This document shows positions 9,250 to 20,733 of a stretch of DNA of 64,000 nt, piece by piece. The position numbers and the translations under genes were made by a program. The notes beneath the pieces are model-generated. The model worked only from the letters and a program-made list of their open reading frames with translations, was not told the DNA's origin and searched no databases. Within the stretch, counting starts at the first letter, position 1. Each line of letters starts with the position of its first letter. This DNA comes from an uncultured cyanobacterium (GTDB lineage: Bacteria > Cyanobacteriota > Cyanobacteriia > PCC-9006 > JAAUQQ01), in the NCBI GenBank assembly GCA_963718615.1, contig OY970368.1, positions 3,648,001-3,712,000 on the forward strand, read 5' to 3'.

Positions 9250-9472
9250 GGAATTGTCTAGCCCTAATTTGTGAAAGTTTTAAGCGGAAGTCTGGCCCAA
9301 GGCCGTCAAATCCGTCGGCAAAAGTCCGGTTAAACGTACCCCCTACCGGTTTGCAGTCGCTTAAACTTAAGATACGCTGGCCTGAGTATCGGTTACGGCA
9401 AAATTTTAATGCGCCGTCGCTGACCCCCTTGGCCCACCCATTACTCACTTATGCGGGAGTAGGATTCGACGA

Positions 9473-10495
9473 ATGGCATCTGAAAAACTTTGGCAACGTT
9501 CTGAGCTCATGGGAACCCAGGTTATCACCCGTGACACGGGAAAACGCCTAGGGGTGGTCGCCGAAATTTTGGTAGATGTCGACCGTCGGGAAGTCATCGC
9601 CCTAGGCTTGCGGGACAATATTTTGTCTCGGGTCGTGCCGGGGGTGCCCCGCTATCTATATTTATCTAGCATCCGTCAGGTCGGGGATGTGGTCTTGGTG
9701 GATTCTGATGAGGCCATTGAGGACATTGATATTAGTCCCTACAGCCTGATGGTCAATAGCGAGGTCATTACGGAATCGGGTGAACCCTTGGGGCGGGTGC
9801 GGGGGTTCCAGTTCAATATCGAGAACGGAACGCTAAAGTCATTGGTGATTGCCTCCCTGGGATTACCCTTTGTGCCAGAGGGGGTTCTAAGTACCTACGA
9901 GTTACCCATTGATGAAATTGTCAGCAGTGGTCCCGATCGCATCATTGTCTTTGAAGGCGCTGAGGAACGGTTGCAGCAAATCACTGTGGGGGTGCTCGAA
10001 CGGTTAGGCATTGGCTCGCCGCCTTGGGAGCGGGATGCCGAAGACAGCTATGTTTTGCCCACAGTTCCAGCGGAAAATCAGTTGGGGACTGGATTACCTA
10101 CCCAAGCTTCTCAACCCCAAACCAATAGTAGCTATGGTCAACAATCCTACGGTAAGCCCTACCGGGCTCCAGCGGATGATTCCTGGGATGATGATAATTG
10201 GGAGCGGGAGCCCGAACCTATTCCCCGCGAACTGCCCCGTCAAGAGCCCCAGCGTCGCTATTTAGAAGCGGAGGCAGAGCCAGAGTCGGGGTGGAGTGAA
10301 GCTTCGGGCAATCGGGAAATCTACACGGATGACTACGGTTATGAGGATGACCCTGCCTACAATCCCCCGGGCCGTCCCGCTGAGCCCCTGGGAGATGCTT
10401 GGGCTGACGACAACTCGGCCTACAAGCCGAAAAAACTGGAGATTCCGGAGAAACAGCCCCAGCCTGAACCCGAATATGAGGATGGTGGTTATTAG
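9473..10495 (+). CDS. PRC-barrel domain protein with acidic tail
   Basis: Two PRC barrels (GTQVITRDTGKRLG; SEVITESGEPLGRVRG). Confidence 0.88.
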   Translation: MASEKLWQRSELMGTQVITRDTGKRLGVVAEILVDVDRREVIALGLRDNILSRVVPGVPRYLYLSSIRQVGDVVLVDSDEAIEDIDISPYSLMVNSEVITESGEPLGRVRGFQFNIENGTLKSLVIASLGLPFVPEGVLSTYELPIDEIVSSGPDRIIVFEGAEERLQQITVGVLERLGIGSPPWERDAEDSYVLPTVPAENQLGTGLPTQASQPQTNSSYGQQSYGKPYRAPADDSWDDDNWEREPEPIPRELPRQEPQRRYLEAEAEPESGWSEASGNREIYTDDYGYEDDPAYNPPGRPAEPLGDAWADDNSAYKPKKLEIPEKQPQPEPEYEDGGY

Positions 10496-10624
10496 CCTGG
10501 ATTACTAATCTGGGTTATTAATCTGGGTTCTTGATCGAGGGGAATAATGGGCTTGGAGTCGGGCGATAAACCCATAGTTGCGAAAGTCACGAAAAGAGTC
10601 GCGAAGGGAGAGCCATAACCCTAA

Positions 10625-12034
10625 ATGTTTGATTCATCTCCTGCCCACCCATCGCTCCTTTATCCCCAAGCCATGGCCGACCTCAAGGCCAAGAATTTTC
10701 AGGCCGCGCTGACGGGATTTAATCAGGTCCTGAAGCTAGAGCCAACATTTGCGCCGGGCTTCTTGGGACGGGCGATCGCCCAGTTTCACCTGGGTTTGGT
10801 TCGTGCTGCCATTGCCGATGCCCAGCGGGCAGCTCAGCTCCAGCCCGGCCTAGCTGCGGCCTACGAGCTGATGGGCAAGGCCCAGTCCCAGTTGGGGAAT
10901 AGCGCTCAGGCGATCGCCGCCTACAAACAAGCGGTCCATCAATACCTGGCCGCAACGCCGCCGGACAAAGTTCGTGCCCAAACCTGCATTACCCAAGCCG
11001 AACAGCTTCAACAACGACTGGAGCGTCCTAATCTGGCGGTAACGATTGATCCCTCCCTGTCACCGGAGGCTTATCTGCAACGGGCGATCGCCCGGATGGA
11101 ACAAGGAGATCTAGCGGCGGCCTTAATCGATCTCAATTGGCTCCTCCAGTTTGAGCCTAGCAATTTGGAAGCTCTCTGCCGTCGAGCAGAGGTGTCTGGA
11201 CAACTAGGTCGTAAGAACGATGCCGTGAGGGATATGGCTCAGGTGCTGAAGCTGGATCCCGATAGTCGCGAACTCAAATTGCGTCGGGCCTGTCTGCGGA
11301 TGACTCTGGGGGATGCTCAGGGGGCGATCGCAGAACTCACCGCCCTCATGGAGCCCGATCAGCCCAATACCCAAATTTTTCTGCATCGCGGACGAGCCCA
11401 TCAGCAGCTGGGCCACTGGGACGATGCCTTTAAGGATTATTCTAATGGGTTGGGTGCTGGGGTGGATGAACCGGCGCTGTATCAGGGGCGAGCGGAAGTT
11501 CGTTGGGAAACGCGGGATTTGGAGGGGGCGATCGAGGACTACACCCAGGCGGCAACGCTGTGGCTCAATCGCGGTGCGGGCGATCGCTATCAGCAGCTTC
11601 TCGAACGCATCGACCAACTCCGCCAAGCCCATGCGGCCCAGGAAGCAGAAAAAGCAGCAGCCCAAGCACGACAGATTCGGGTGCCGATTTTGTACCGTCG
11701 TCAGGGGGCTCCAGTGGTCGCGGCCCTAGTGAATGATCGCCATTCCATTGAGTTAACCATTGCTACATCGTCAACCTTTACGGTGTTGCCGCGATCGCTG
11801 ATTGCTCAACTAGATTTCACCCCAACGGGTATGGTTTGGTGTCAAGGCTTAGATGGGCAGGTCGAACAGGCAGAGGCGGGTTATGTGCAAAAGATTCAGG
11901 TGGGGGGAGCGATCGCCCATTTTGTCAGGATTGTAGTGGCGGAATGGGATGCGGTTGGTTTTTTAGGTCAGAGTTTTTTCGGCGACTATGACTTGCATAT
12001 CTTGCCTGATGAAATTGAGTTTAACCGTCGCTAA
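10625..12034 (+). CDS. TPR-repeat protein with a C-terminal retropepsin-like domain (catalytic Asp absent)
   Basis: Multiple TPRs; tail RVPI...PVVAALVN...LTIATSSTFT...GFLGQSFF. Confidence 0.75.
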   Translation: MFDSSPAHPSLLYPQAMADLKAKNFQAALTGFNQVLKLEPTFAPGFLGRAIAQFHLGLVRAAIADAQRAAQLQPGLAAAYELMGKAQSQLGNSAQAIAAYKQAVHQYLAATPPDKVRAQTCITQAEQLQQRLERPNLAVTIDPSLSPEAYLQRAIARMEQGDLAAALIDLNWLLQFEPSNLEALCRRAEVSGQLGRKNDAVRDMAQVLKLDPDSRELKLRRACLRMTLGDAQGAIAELTALMEPDQPNTQIFLHRGRAHQQLGHWDDAFKDYSNGLGAGVDEPALYQGRAEVRWETRDLEGAIEDYTQAATLWLNRGAGDRYQQLLERIDQLRQAHAAQEAEKAAAQARQIRVPILYRRQGAPVVAALVNDRHSIELTIATSSTFTVLPRSLIAQLDFTPTGMVWCQGLDGQVEQAEAGYVQKIQVGGAIAHFVRIVVAEWDAVGFLGQSFFGDYDLHILPDEIEFNRR

Positions 12035-13125
12035 GCCCGTGCCATCCAATGCTGCCACCAGGCAAATAAAAGACGATGATTCTGTTGCACTAAGAAATAG
12101 AAGTAAACCGACAGAATCATTAATAAACACCATCCACCGATGCCGTTATAGGTATCAATAATGAGCTGATCGCTCCAGCCAAACTGGTCGCTCAATATAT
12201 TCATATCTCCCCCGGCATGGTCCGCACCGCCCCAGAGCGATCCCCAGGGAATTGACTCGACGCCCCGACGAATCTGCCGCCAGGAGGAAAGCTTGCCAAA
12301 GAATGTAAAAGCAGCCCCTAGAACCACCGGATAACGGTAAAAATCCCAGCGCCAATAGGCCGGTAGGGGGAAATAGAAACTCACCATCATCAGCGTACAG
12401 AGATAAAACTCTCCGCCAATGCCGCCAAAGGCCAGCCACATTTCAAACCGATCCGCAGACATCCACCAGGTCATATAAACCTGTAGCAAGGCCAAGCCAA
12501 TCGCCAGAACCATGGGCCAGCGCTGTCGTTCTTTGTATCCACTCCAACCCAAAAGCCCGAGCAAAACCAAAATACCAAAATAGACAAACAGCGATCGCTC
12601 CGGTTCCACATTGGTCCAGCCAATCGGCAATGGAATTGCCTTCCGTCCTGATAGCCAAGCCACGATCGCATGGCCAAATTCATGCCACCAAATATTGATG
12701 CCGTTGAGCAGCATACGGGGGATAGGCATCGCGTTGAGCAGGAGCGCGATCGCCCCCAATCCCGGCAACACAATCGCGTTGGCAATGCGATTATTAAAGG
12801 AACATAAATCCGTATCTTCCTTCGTCAAATGATGCCGAGGCATCAGTAGTTTCTGGGTCCAAGCAGCTTGTTTGGGCGCATGCAGACCATAAATATAAAC
12901 GGTTTCAATCGCTGCGACCTGGGGATGTTGAGGATTCAACTGCTCTAGCAGTTTATAAATCTGAGCCGCTGCTTTGGCACCCTTGGGGGCTTGGTGAACC
13001 TTTAAGCCAATGTGCAACTGTTGGTTCTTGATACAAAGCTGCGCGTCAAAACCCGCTTGGCGCAGTTCTTGCAGCAAAATCGGCATTAGATCATCCGGGG
13101 AAGCAGGCACGGCAAAACGCTCCAA
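12031..13125 (-). CDS. M50-like membrane metallopeptidase
   Basis: HEFGH within a multi-TM region, downstream GGDM; start uncertain (13086 possible). Confidence 0.7.
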   Translation of the reverse strand: MERFAVPASPDDLMPILLQELRQAGFDAQLCIKNQQLHIGLKVHQAPKGAKAAAQIYKLLEQLNPQHPQVAAIETVYIYGLHAPKQAAWTQKLLMPRHHLTKEDTDLCSFNNRIANAIVLPGLGAIALLLNAMPIPRMLLNGINIWWHEFGHAIVAWLSGRKAIPLPIGWTNVEPERSLFVYFGILVLLGLLGWSGYKERQRWPMVLAIGLALLQVYMTWWMSADRFEMWLAFGGIGGEFYLCTLMMVSFYFPLPAYWRWDFYRYPVVLGAAFTFFGKLSSWRQIRRGVESIPWGSLWGGADHAGGDMNILSDQFGWSDQLIIDTYNGIGGWCLLMILSVYFYFLVQQNHRLLFAWWQHWMARA

Positions 13126-13199
13126 CTCGCGTCCGTCCTAGAATGCCCCACTGCGCGCAACTGTGCGCCTTCAGCTTGAGATCGTTAGAGCTTAGCTTG

Positions 13200-13754
13200 T
13201 TAGACAAAGGCTCGCATTTTTTCAATCAGATGATCGAAATAGGGGGCGATCGCCTCCGCCTCCCCCGACACCTGCTTCAAACTCTCTACCTTCAACGCCT
13301 CTAGCCCCGTCACCATAGCAGGCAGCGGCACCTGGAGCTCTTCATAGAGTACCTGCATGTAATGCAAGCCTTCGGCGCTCGTAAACTCAACGCTGCCGCT
13401 AGCCAACCCATAGGTAACACAGCGAAGAAAATGCCAAAAATCTCGCCAACAGGCCTCCGCCCGGAGTTCTGGATAAAGCGCACCGCCCGCTGCCGTAATG
13501 CCTGGATACTTCACCAAAACCTGCTCTCGGGCCGCCGTAACAATCTCGCTGGCCCCCTCTCGCAATTGCTGAGCCGCTTGGGTGAGCGAGGTCTGGTCAA
13601 ATTCCGCCAATTCGTCATCGGTGAGGTAGCGGCCCCCATCATCGGCAGCCTTGATCGAGGCCATTGCCTCCTCCCTCTCCGATAGTCCCTCGGTCTTTAC
13701 AATCCGCGCCTTGGGAATCAGTTCTTTGGCGCGATCGCTTAATTGGAAGGTCAT
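13200..13754 (-). CDS. Allophycocyanin-like phycobiliprotein (AplA-type)
   Basis: ADDGGRYL, GGALYP, ACWRDFWHFLRCVTYG globin-like phycobiliprotein pattern; divergent from cpeB. Confidence 0.75.
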   Translation of the reverse strand: MTFQLSDRAKELIPKARIVKTEGLSEREEAMASIKAADDGGRYLTDDELAEFDQTSLTQAAQQLREGASEIVTAAREQVLVKYPGITAAGGALYPELRAEACWRDFWHFLRCVTYGLASGSVEFTSAEGLHYMQVLYEELQVPLPAMVTGLEALKVESLKQVSGEAEAIAPYFDHLIEKMRAFV

Positions 13755-14061
13755 AGCGCAAATCCCAAACGAATAACTAAAACAGCGCAACCAAAACGCA
13801 CAACTCAGCCTAACCGGTCTGTATCCAGAGATATCCTCTCTTTCATTAAAGCACTGTTTCCAGCCCTGGATAGCCCTGTAAATCTCTCCTAGACAAGGTT
13901 TTTCAGCTTCGTTATCGCAAACGTAACAAAATGTTGCTTAGTTTTTAATCCTGGAGACAGAGCCCGCAGTCATCCACTACTGTCGTTTCTAGTGAAATAC
14001 AGACGGCGGCCCCCGGAGCTGGCTTACCGGAACGCTTGCGGACCGCAGCCATTGCCCGTAG

Positions 14062-14667
<606 letters not shown>

Positions 14668-14720
14668 TTGAATTGCTGCGGCATTTCCTTGGCTTTTGGC
14701 TTTTGGCTAGATTCGTTTGA

Positions 14721-15275
<555 letters not shown>

Positions 15276-15328
15276 GGTGCTGACGTTATCGTCATGGACT
15301 GGAGCTAATCAAACATAGCTCTACCCTT

Positions 15329-15387
15329 CTGGGGATTCTAGGTCAAGGCTAGGTCAACAAGACCTGTAGCTGGCTTAGGGTCCCCAG
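15329..15387 (+). terminator. Long stem-loop at the 3' end of cpeBA (transcript stabilisation/attenuation)
   Basis: CTGGGGA...TCCCCAG outer stem with inner AGGTC/GACCT. Confidence 0.55.
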
Positions 15388-15410
15388 CTTCTGTTTGCCT
15401 CATCAGAACT

Positions 15411-16697
15411 ATGGATAAGCGTTTTTTTAGCATGTTTGGGCTCTCCGAAGCAGAGTCCATTGCGTTGCTCGATACTCCCTTAGATCAACTACAAGCAGGA
15501 GAGTCGCGCTATGTGGCTGCCTGTGAGTTGGTCAATTTCCCTTCAGAGCAGTCGATCCAGGCGCTGATGCGGGCCGTGCAAAACACCCATGCGGATCTAG
15601 AAAATCGCATTGTTCGCCGCAAGTCTGTGGAAACCCTTGGGCGGCTCAGTGCGGTTCAGGCCCTGCCGTTGATTCGAGCCTGTCTCGCTGATGAGGATTG
15701 CTACACCGTCGAAAATGCTGTTTGGGCCATTGGCGAAATTGGCACCCAAGATGCGGCGATTTTGGATGAAATTGCGCAGTTACTGACCCGACCCGAGCAA
15801 ACCTATCGAGTGATTATTCACACGTTGGCAAAGTTGAACTATCACCCGGCGGTCAGCCGCATTCAAGCGTTTGTCGGCCATGAAGATCAGGCGATCGCCA
15901 GCGCAGCGATCACCGCCTTAGCACGGCTGACGGGCGATCGCACCTCCCTCGATCGTGTTGTCGAGCTGCTGTTTCATCCCAATGTTTATACCCGCCGTTT
16001 GTGTATCCAAGATCTAGCAGACGCCCAGCATTATGCAGCCATTCCAGAGATTGCTCAATCTCCCGTTTCTGTGGTGTTTCGGCTACGAGGCATCCGGCTC
16101 TTGGCGGATGCCGGGAGAGCGGTGGATGCCTTGGATTTTACGCAGGATATCCAACCCTGGCTCGATCGCACGATTCGCGATCATCCCCAGGACCTGAAGC
16201 TGGTGCATGAATATGATCAACCGCCCACCCTTGAGTTTTTGCTCAATGAGCTCTATCAAACCGATTTTGGCCGCTGTTATTTAGCCAGCCAAACCTTGCT
16301 GAATGACCACCGTAAAATTGCACCGGATGCTTTATTGGTCGCCTATCGAGAGCAAGCCTATGGGGATTATGGGGGACATTACCATGTGATGAAACTGCTG
16401 GGGTGGCTTAAGGCTGAATCGGCGTTTGATTTGCTGCTTCAAGAGGGCTTAAATCATCCGCAACCCCAGTTTCAAAAGTCGCGGTTTGCAGCGGCGATCG
16501 CCCTCGGTGAGTTAGGTAATCCTGAGGCGATTCCTAACCTAAAAGACTGTCTAACCTCCCCTCTCTGGACCTTAAAATATGCAGCACTTCTCGCCCTAGA
16601 ACAGTTGGGAGACCGGAGCGGTCATGGGATCGCAGCCCAAGATCCCGATTGGCTCATTCAGGCCCGTGCGACCCATGCCACTTGTTTCAATTTCTAG
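15411..16697 (+). CDS. cpeY: Phycoerythrobilin lyase CpeY (HEAT repeats)
   Basis: MDKRFF, RRKSVETLGRL, HEYD, TDFGRCYLA, DYGGHYH; directly after cpeA. Confidence 0.85.
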   Translation: MDKRFFSMFGLSEAESIALLDTPLDQLQAGESRYVAACELVNFPSEQSIQALMRAVQNTHADLENRIVRRKSVETLGRLSAVQALPLIRACLADEDCYTVENAVWAIGEIGTQDAAILDEIAQLLTRPEQTYRVIIHTLAKLNYHPAVSRIQAFVGHEDQAIASAAITALARLTGDRTSLDRVVELLFHPNVYTRRLCIQDLADAQHYAAIPEIAQSPVSVVFRLRGIRLLADAGRAVDALDFTQDIQPWLDRTIRDHPQDLKLVHEYDQPPTLEFLLNELYQTDFGRCYLASQTLLNDHRKIAPDALLVAYREQAYGDYGGHYHVMKLLGWLKAESAFDLLLQEGLNHPQPQFQKSRFAAAIALGELGNPEAIPNLKDCLTSPLWTLKYAALLALEQLGDRSGHGIAAQDPDWLIQARATHATCFNF

Positions 16698-16706
16698 AGT
16701 CCTCTT

Positions 16707-17312
16707 ATGAGTATTGACGTATTGTTCGAGCAATTAAAACATCCCAATCCCAACCTGCGCGAACGGGCGATTTTGGAACTGGCTGATATGCGGGATGAAC
16801 AAACGATTCCCCGTTTGATGGCGGTATTGGATGAAGAGGACGTGGTGTTCCGTCGAGCCTCGGTGAAGGCGCTCGGTGCGATTGGCTCGGATGCGGTTCC
16901 AGCCCTGGTGGAGGGGTTGCTCCACAGCGACAATGTGACCGTGCGGGGCAGTTGTGCTAAGGCCCTAGCCCAGGTTGCAGTTAATCATCCCGATGAGCCC
17001 TTTCCCCACGAAGGGTTACTGGGCCTCCAGCAGGCTTTAGAAGATCTCAATCCGGTGGTTCATATTGCCTCGGCCATGGCCCTAGGGGAAGTAGGCGTGC
17101 CTGCGGTGGAAATTTTAATTGAAGCGGTTCAAAACACCGAAAATCTAGGCATGGCTGTTGCTGTCATTAATGCCCTGGGTGCCATTACCGATGAGCGATC
17201 GGCAGTGGTGTTGGCCGCGATCGCCAACGACGAAACCGCAGATACCTATCTCCAGGAATCAGCCATTAGCGCCCTGTCTCGACTGGAATTGGTCAAAAAT
17301 TTTCGTCGTTAG
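16707..17312 (+). CDS. cpeZ: Phycoerythrin lyase chaperone CpeZ
   Basis: LKHPNPNLR, RRASVKALG, VRGSCAKALAQ; follows cpeY. Confidence 0.85.
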   Translation: MSIDVLFEQLKHPNPNLRERAILELADMRDEQTIPRLMAVLDEEDVVFRRASVKALGAIGSDAVPALVEGLLHSDNVTVRGSCAKALAQVAVNHPDEPFPHEGLLGLQQALEDLNPVVHIASAMALGEVGVPAVEILIEAVQNTENLGMAVAVINALGAITDERSAVVLAAIANDETADTYLQESAISALSRLELVKNFRR

Positions 17313-17574
17313 CTAGTTTGCTGCACTGGGAGGCGATCTGACAGGTCAGAGAACAGGTCAACTCCCGGTTTGCCGCAATGCGCACACAAAGAATCTGTTG
17401 GTTGTCCGCCAGTCGCTGCGCTACTTTTTGATAACAGTGGGGTTTGGCTTCCGCCGCCTCAATGGGATTGATAAAAGGACCAAAGTGGTAAATCCCTTGG
17501 GTTTCATTGGTCACTACAATAATCCAGTAGCCCAGATTTAAAAACTTCAGAACAGACGCAACCAGACTTTTCAT
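17293..17574 (-). CDS. DUF1816-like small protein
   Basis: YWIIVVT...YHFGPF...EA pattern. Confidence 0.55.
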   Translation of the reverse strand: MKSLVASVLKFLNLGYWIIVVTNETQGIYHFGPFINPIEAAEAKPHCYQKVAQRLADNQQILCVRIAANRELTCSLTCQIASQCSKLANDENF

Positions 17575-17707
17575 CGCCTTCGCTCCTCAGGCAACACCAG
17601 TTCGAAATCAGCCGGAATCCATTTTCAGGGCTTGTCCCTTAGGATGCCCATAGCTTCACGGCCTTAGGCCACGATTTCAGACTTGGTGGGCTCCCACTCT
17701 CTCTGCC

Positions 17708-18568
17708 TCAGGTATTTTCCAGTTGGCCAATGGCCAGGTCTAGGATGGGCTGGAGTGCCGTGCCCGTGGCTTGAGCCAAAGCGGTTTTGAGCGGTATCAG
17801 GGCGGCTGGATCGCCAATTTTCATCAACGCTAAAGCGGCGGCTTTACGGGTTTCTGAACTGTCATGCTGAAGCAAACCCAGCAGGGGCTCAACCGCTGGT
17901 CGGTAGGCCAAATTGCCCAGGACCGCCGCTGCTTCGCTGCGCACGTCTTCGATATCGTCGTTTAATGCTTGAATCAGCAGCTCAAAGGCTCGCTCCTCCG
18001 GGTCTTCCTGGGCAATCTTGGCGATCGCCCCAATCACCGCCGATCGCACCTCAGGCACCGGAGAATCCGCCACCTCATAAAAAGCGTCCTTGGCTTCAGC
18101 CCCAATAAAAGCAAGCGCCCAAGCCGCATGGCCTTTCGTCGTTTCTGGATAATCCGGTGAGGCTAAAACAGCCAGCAACGGCGGTACGGCTGCGCCCCCA
18201 ATTTGAGCAAGGGCTCCCGCTGCGGAGCCATGAACCACCGTATCTTCATCCTTGAGCAGTGCCTGAACCAATGTTGGAACCGAGCGGGGATCTTTAATCA
18301 ACGTCAGCGTCTTGGCACAGGCCCGACGCACCACCGGATTGGCATGTTCCGCCAAGGCCGCCATCAAAACCGGCGCGGCAGGTTGACCAATTTCCCCCAG
18401 GGTTTCGGCAATGCGCAACCGGACGACGCCCCGAGGATCGGAAAAGCTCTCCACTAAGGCTTCAAGGGTAGCCGTATCGTTTGCATCAAAGCATTGCTCT
18501 GCCTGCTGGCCATTGACTCGGGCGATGAGGGCATCCGTCTCTGCTTCGGGGTTGGGCAATGGAATCAT
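17708..18568 (-). CDS. cpeF: HEAT-repeat bilin lyase, CpeF/MpeV-like
   Basis: ETDAL, DPRGVVRL, NPVVRRACAKTLTLI, DEDTVVHGS, TTKGHAAWALAFIG; inside the PE cluster. Confidence 0.7.
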   Translation of the reverse strand: MIPLPNPEAETDALIARVNGQQAEQCFDANDTATLEALVESFSDPRGVVRLRIAETLGEIGQPAAPVLMAALAEHANPVVRRACAKTLTLIKDPRSVPTLVQALLKDEDTVVHGSAAGALAQIGGAAVPPLLAVLASPDYPETTKGHAAWALAFIGAEAKDAFYEVADSPVPEVRSAVIGAIAKIAQEDPEERAFELLIQALNDDIEDVRSEAAAVLGNLAYRPAVEPLLGLLQHDSSETRKAAALALMKIGDPAALIPLKTALAQATGTALQPILDLAIGQLENT

Positions 18569-18611
18569 GGCAGTATGGGAACGATTTGAACCAAGCAAAA
18601 AAGACGCAATT

Positions 18612-18860
18612 TTAGGTCGCGGCGCTCAGGGTCGCCTGCTGTTGCTTGAGGCTTTCTAAGGTGGCGTCAATGTGGGCGAGTTCAGGTTCTAGTTGAGACA
18701 TAACGCTGCTCTTGGGCATTTTGGCCCGTTTTGCCACAGCGAGGGTATCGTTGACTAGGCGATCGCGATACTGTTCAAACTCAGTAATTAGCTCGTTAAT
18801 TTCTTCCAATGTCGGCAGGGTCGCCCCATTAGGGGTTGCGGAATCAGGCGGTTGAGTCAT
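18612..18860 (-). CDS. Small coiled-coil protein associated with PE clusters
   Basis: EFEQYRDRLV...AKRAKMPK...LEPEL; co-oriented with cpeF. Confidence 0.65.
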   Translation of the reverse strand: MTQPPDSATPNGATLPTLEEINELITEFEQYRDRLVNDTLAVAKRAKMPKSSVMSQLEPELAHIDATLESLKQQQATLSAAT

Positions 18861-19106
18861 GGGTCGTCTTGAATTGAAATGAGGTTAATTCAGAGGTTAA
18901 TTCAAAAAAAGCTAGATGAATCAAGCCTCTAGTCTTTCGATCTTCTCAGATTTTCGACCCCGCAGGCAAACCCCTGAGCGGTTATCAACAACCTTGTATA
19001 AAACCTTAAAACTCCACAGAACCTGATTAGACTGTGCTGATGTTTCGGATTCTGACGGTAGAGACGAATAGTTCTATTCCCTCATTTACCCAGGAAGGAC
19101 AGCGGA

Positions 19107-20354
19107 ATGCTCAGGATGCCCACGGTTGGCTTGCAGCGTCAGGCCCATCAGCATAAAGCCCATCAGCATAAAATCCATCAGCAGACCTCCCTTTTCCATC
19201 TTCCCGCTTTGCGTCCGCCCCATCGGTCACCGGAGGCATCGTTTCCCATGGCTCAATCTCATCAGTTACAGGCTCAGCAGCGTCAGGATTTAGAGCAAGT
19301 GTGGCAACAATTGCTAGACCAAGCCCTCGACCCCTGTCGGTTGCCCGAGCATCGCCTTCAGCGCCTCAGCGCCATCAAGGATATGGGTCGCCTGGGATGG
19401 TCCCAGAGCGTTGAGCCCCTGGGCCGTTGCTTAGAGGAGGTCGAAGATCCCACCATTATTGAAGCCGCCGTGCGTGCCCTGGGGGAATTGGGGTGTCAGT
19501 CTCGGCCCCTGCTGGCTCGCATCTTGCTGCTGCTCGAAGATACACAGCAGAGTCGCCGCGTTATTCTCTATACCCTAGTCAGTCTGCTGGAGCAGGTTGG
19601 CGCAGACACGGCCAGCAGCTTAACAGATGCGCTGCATGCTGTGCTGCCAAACTTGCTCGTGGATGCAGATGAAACCATCGTGAGTGTGGCGATCGCCGTT
19701 CACCACCGTTTAACGGGCGACCCAGCAGGCATGGATCGGCTGATCCACAATCTACATCACAACGATGAAACCATCCGCCGAGCCGCCCTCGAAGACCTCT
19801 GCCTCGCAAAATATACCCCTGCACTGAGCTATTTAGCCCAAACCCAATCTCTATTGCTCCCCCCCTTGCTGCGACTGGAGCGCATGCGATGTCTGGCTGA
19901 CGCAGGATTTGCAACGGGGAGTCTGACCCTCGTCGATGTGGAACAGGGGTTTGACCAAGTCTTTGATGAAATTGCTAGCACCTATAGCACTCCGCCCTCC
20001 ACTCATCTTTCCCCCAGCCCTCTCTCTCCCAGCCAACAGCAACAGGCTTACGAGCATCACATTGAATTGCTCGATCGCGACCAACCCCAAACCCTACCGC
20101 AGCGGCTGGCAGCGGCGATCGCCCTAGGCCACGCTCAACAGCATTCAGCGGTGCCGTTTTTAGAAACCACCCTCTACACCACCACCCTTTGGTCCCTTAA
20201 ATATGCTTGCCTTGTGGCGCTGCACCAACTTGAACAAACACCCCCCCTCCATCGTCATACCAATGCAACAGACTGGCTGATTCGTGGCAAGGCCCTCAGC
20301 CTTTTGAATGTTGCAAGAAAGTCACAAAAGCTACTTTCTTCTCGGGATAAATGA
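19107..20354 (+). CDS. Divergent CpeY-like HEAT-repeat protein with an internal deletion
   Basis: Aligns by eye to CpeY (MGRLG, RVILYTL, RLTGD, LADAG, AAAIALG, WSLKYA, DWLI); start may be 19248. Confidence 0.7.
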   Translation: MLRMPTVGLQRQAHQHKAHQHKIHQQTSLFHLPALRPPHRSPEASFPMAQSHQLQAQQRQDLEQVWQQLLDQALDPCRLPEHRLQRLSAIKDMGRLGWSQSVEPLGRCLEEVEDPTIIEAAVRALGELGCQSRPLLARILLLLEDTQQSRRVILYTLVSLLEQVGADTASSLTDALHAVLPNLLVDADETIVSVAIAVHHRLTGDPAGMDRLIHNLHHNDETIRRAALEDLCLAKYTPALSYLAQTQSLLLPPLLRLERMRCLADAGFATGSLTLVDVEQGFDQVFDEIASTYSTPPSTHLSPSPLSPSQQQQAYEHHIELLDRDQPQTLPQRLAAAIALGHAQQHSAVPFLETTLYTTTLWSLKYACLVALHQLEQTPPLHRHTNATDWLIRGKALSLLNVARKSQKLLSSRDK

Positions 20355-20733
20355 GAGAGACTAGCTCGATTAACGGCAAAATCATGCTAGGAATTAAAAT
20401 GAAAGCTAAGCGGGTTTTTCTCAGAAAGCGATCGCCAAACCCCTTGTTCTGTATCCAATTTAGCCATTTCAGGACCATTTGACTTAAGTTTCTTCACACT
20501 CCCTGAGAAGTGGATGCAAAGGTTGACCACCCTGTCAACCCCGTGTTATCTTTTTTTATATAAACACCCCGACCCACAAAACAGCTTGAGCGCTTATAGC
20601 AGGTTTGGCTTGAGGCGGATAGAGTCGTTGAAAAGGGTCTGTTCACAGCGCCATGAAGAGTCATCCTAGAGCAGGCTTCTAGGAAAGGCGATCCATCTGG
20701 TCCTGTGAAGTGTACAGAGGAGGATGATCCACA

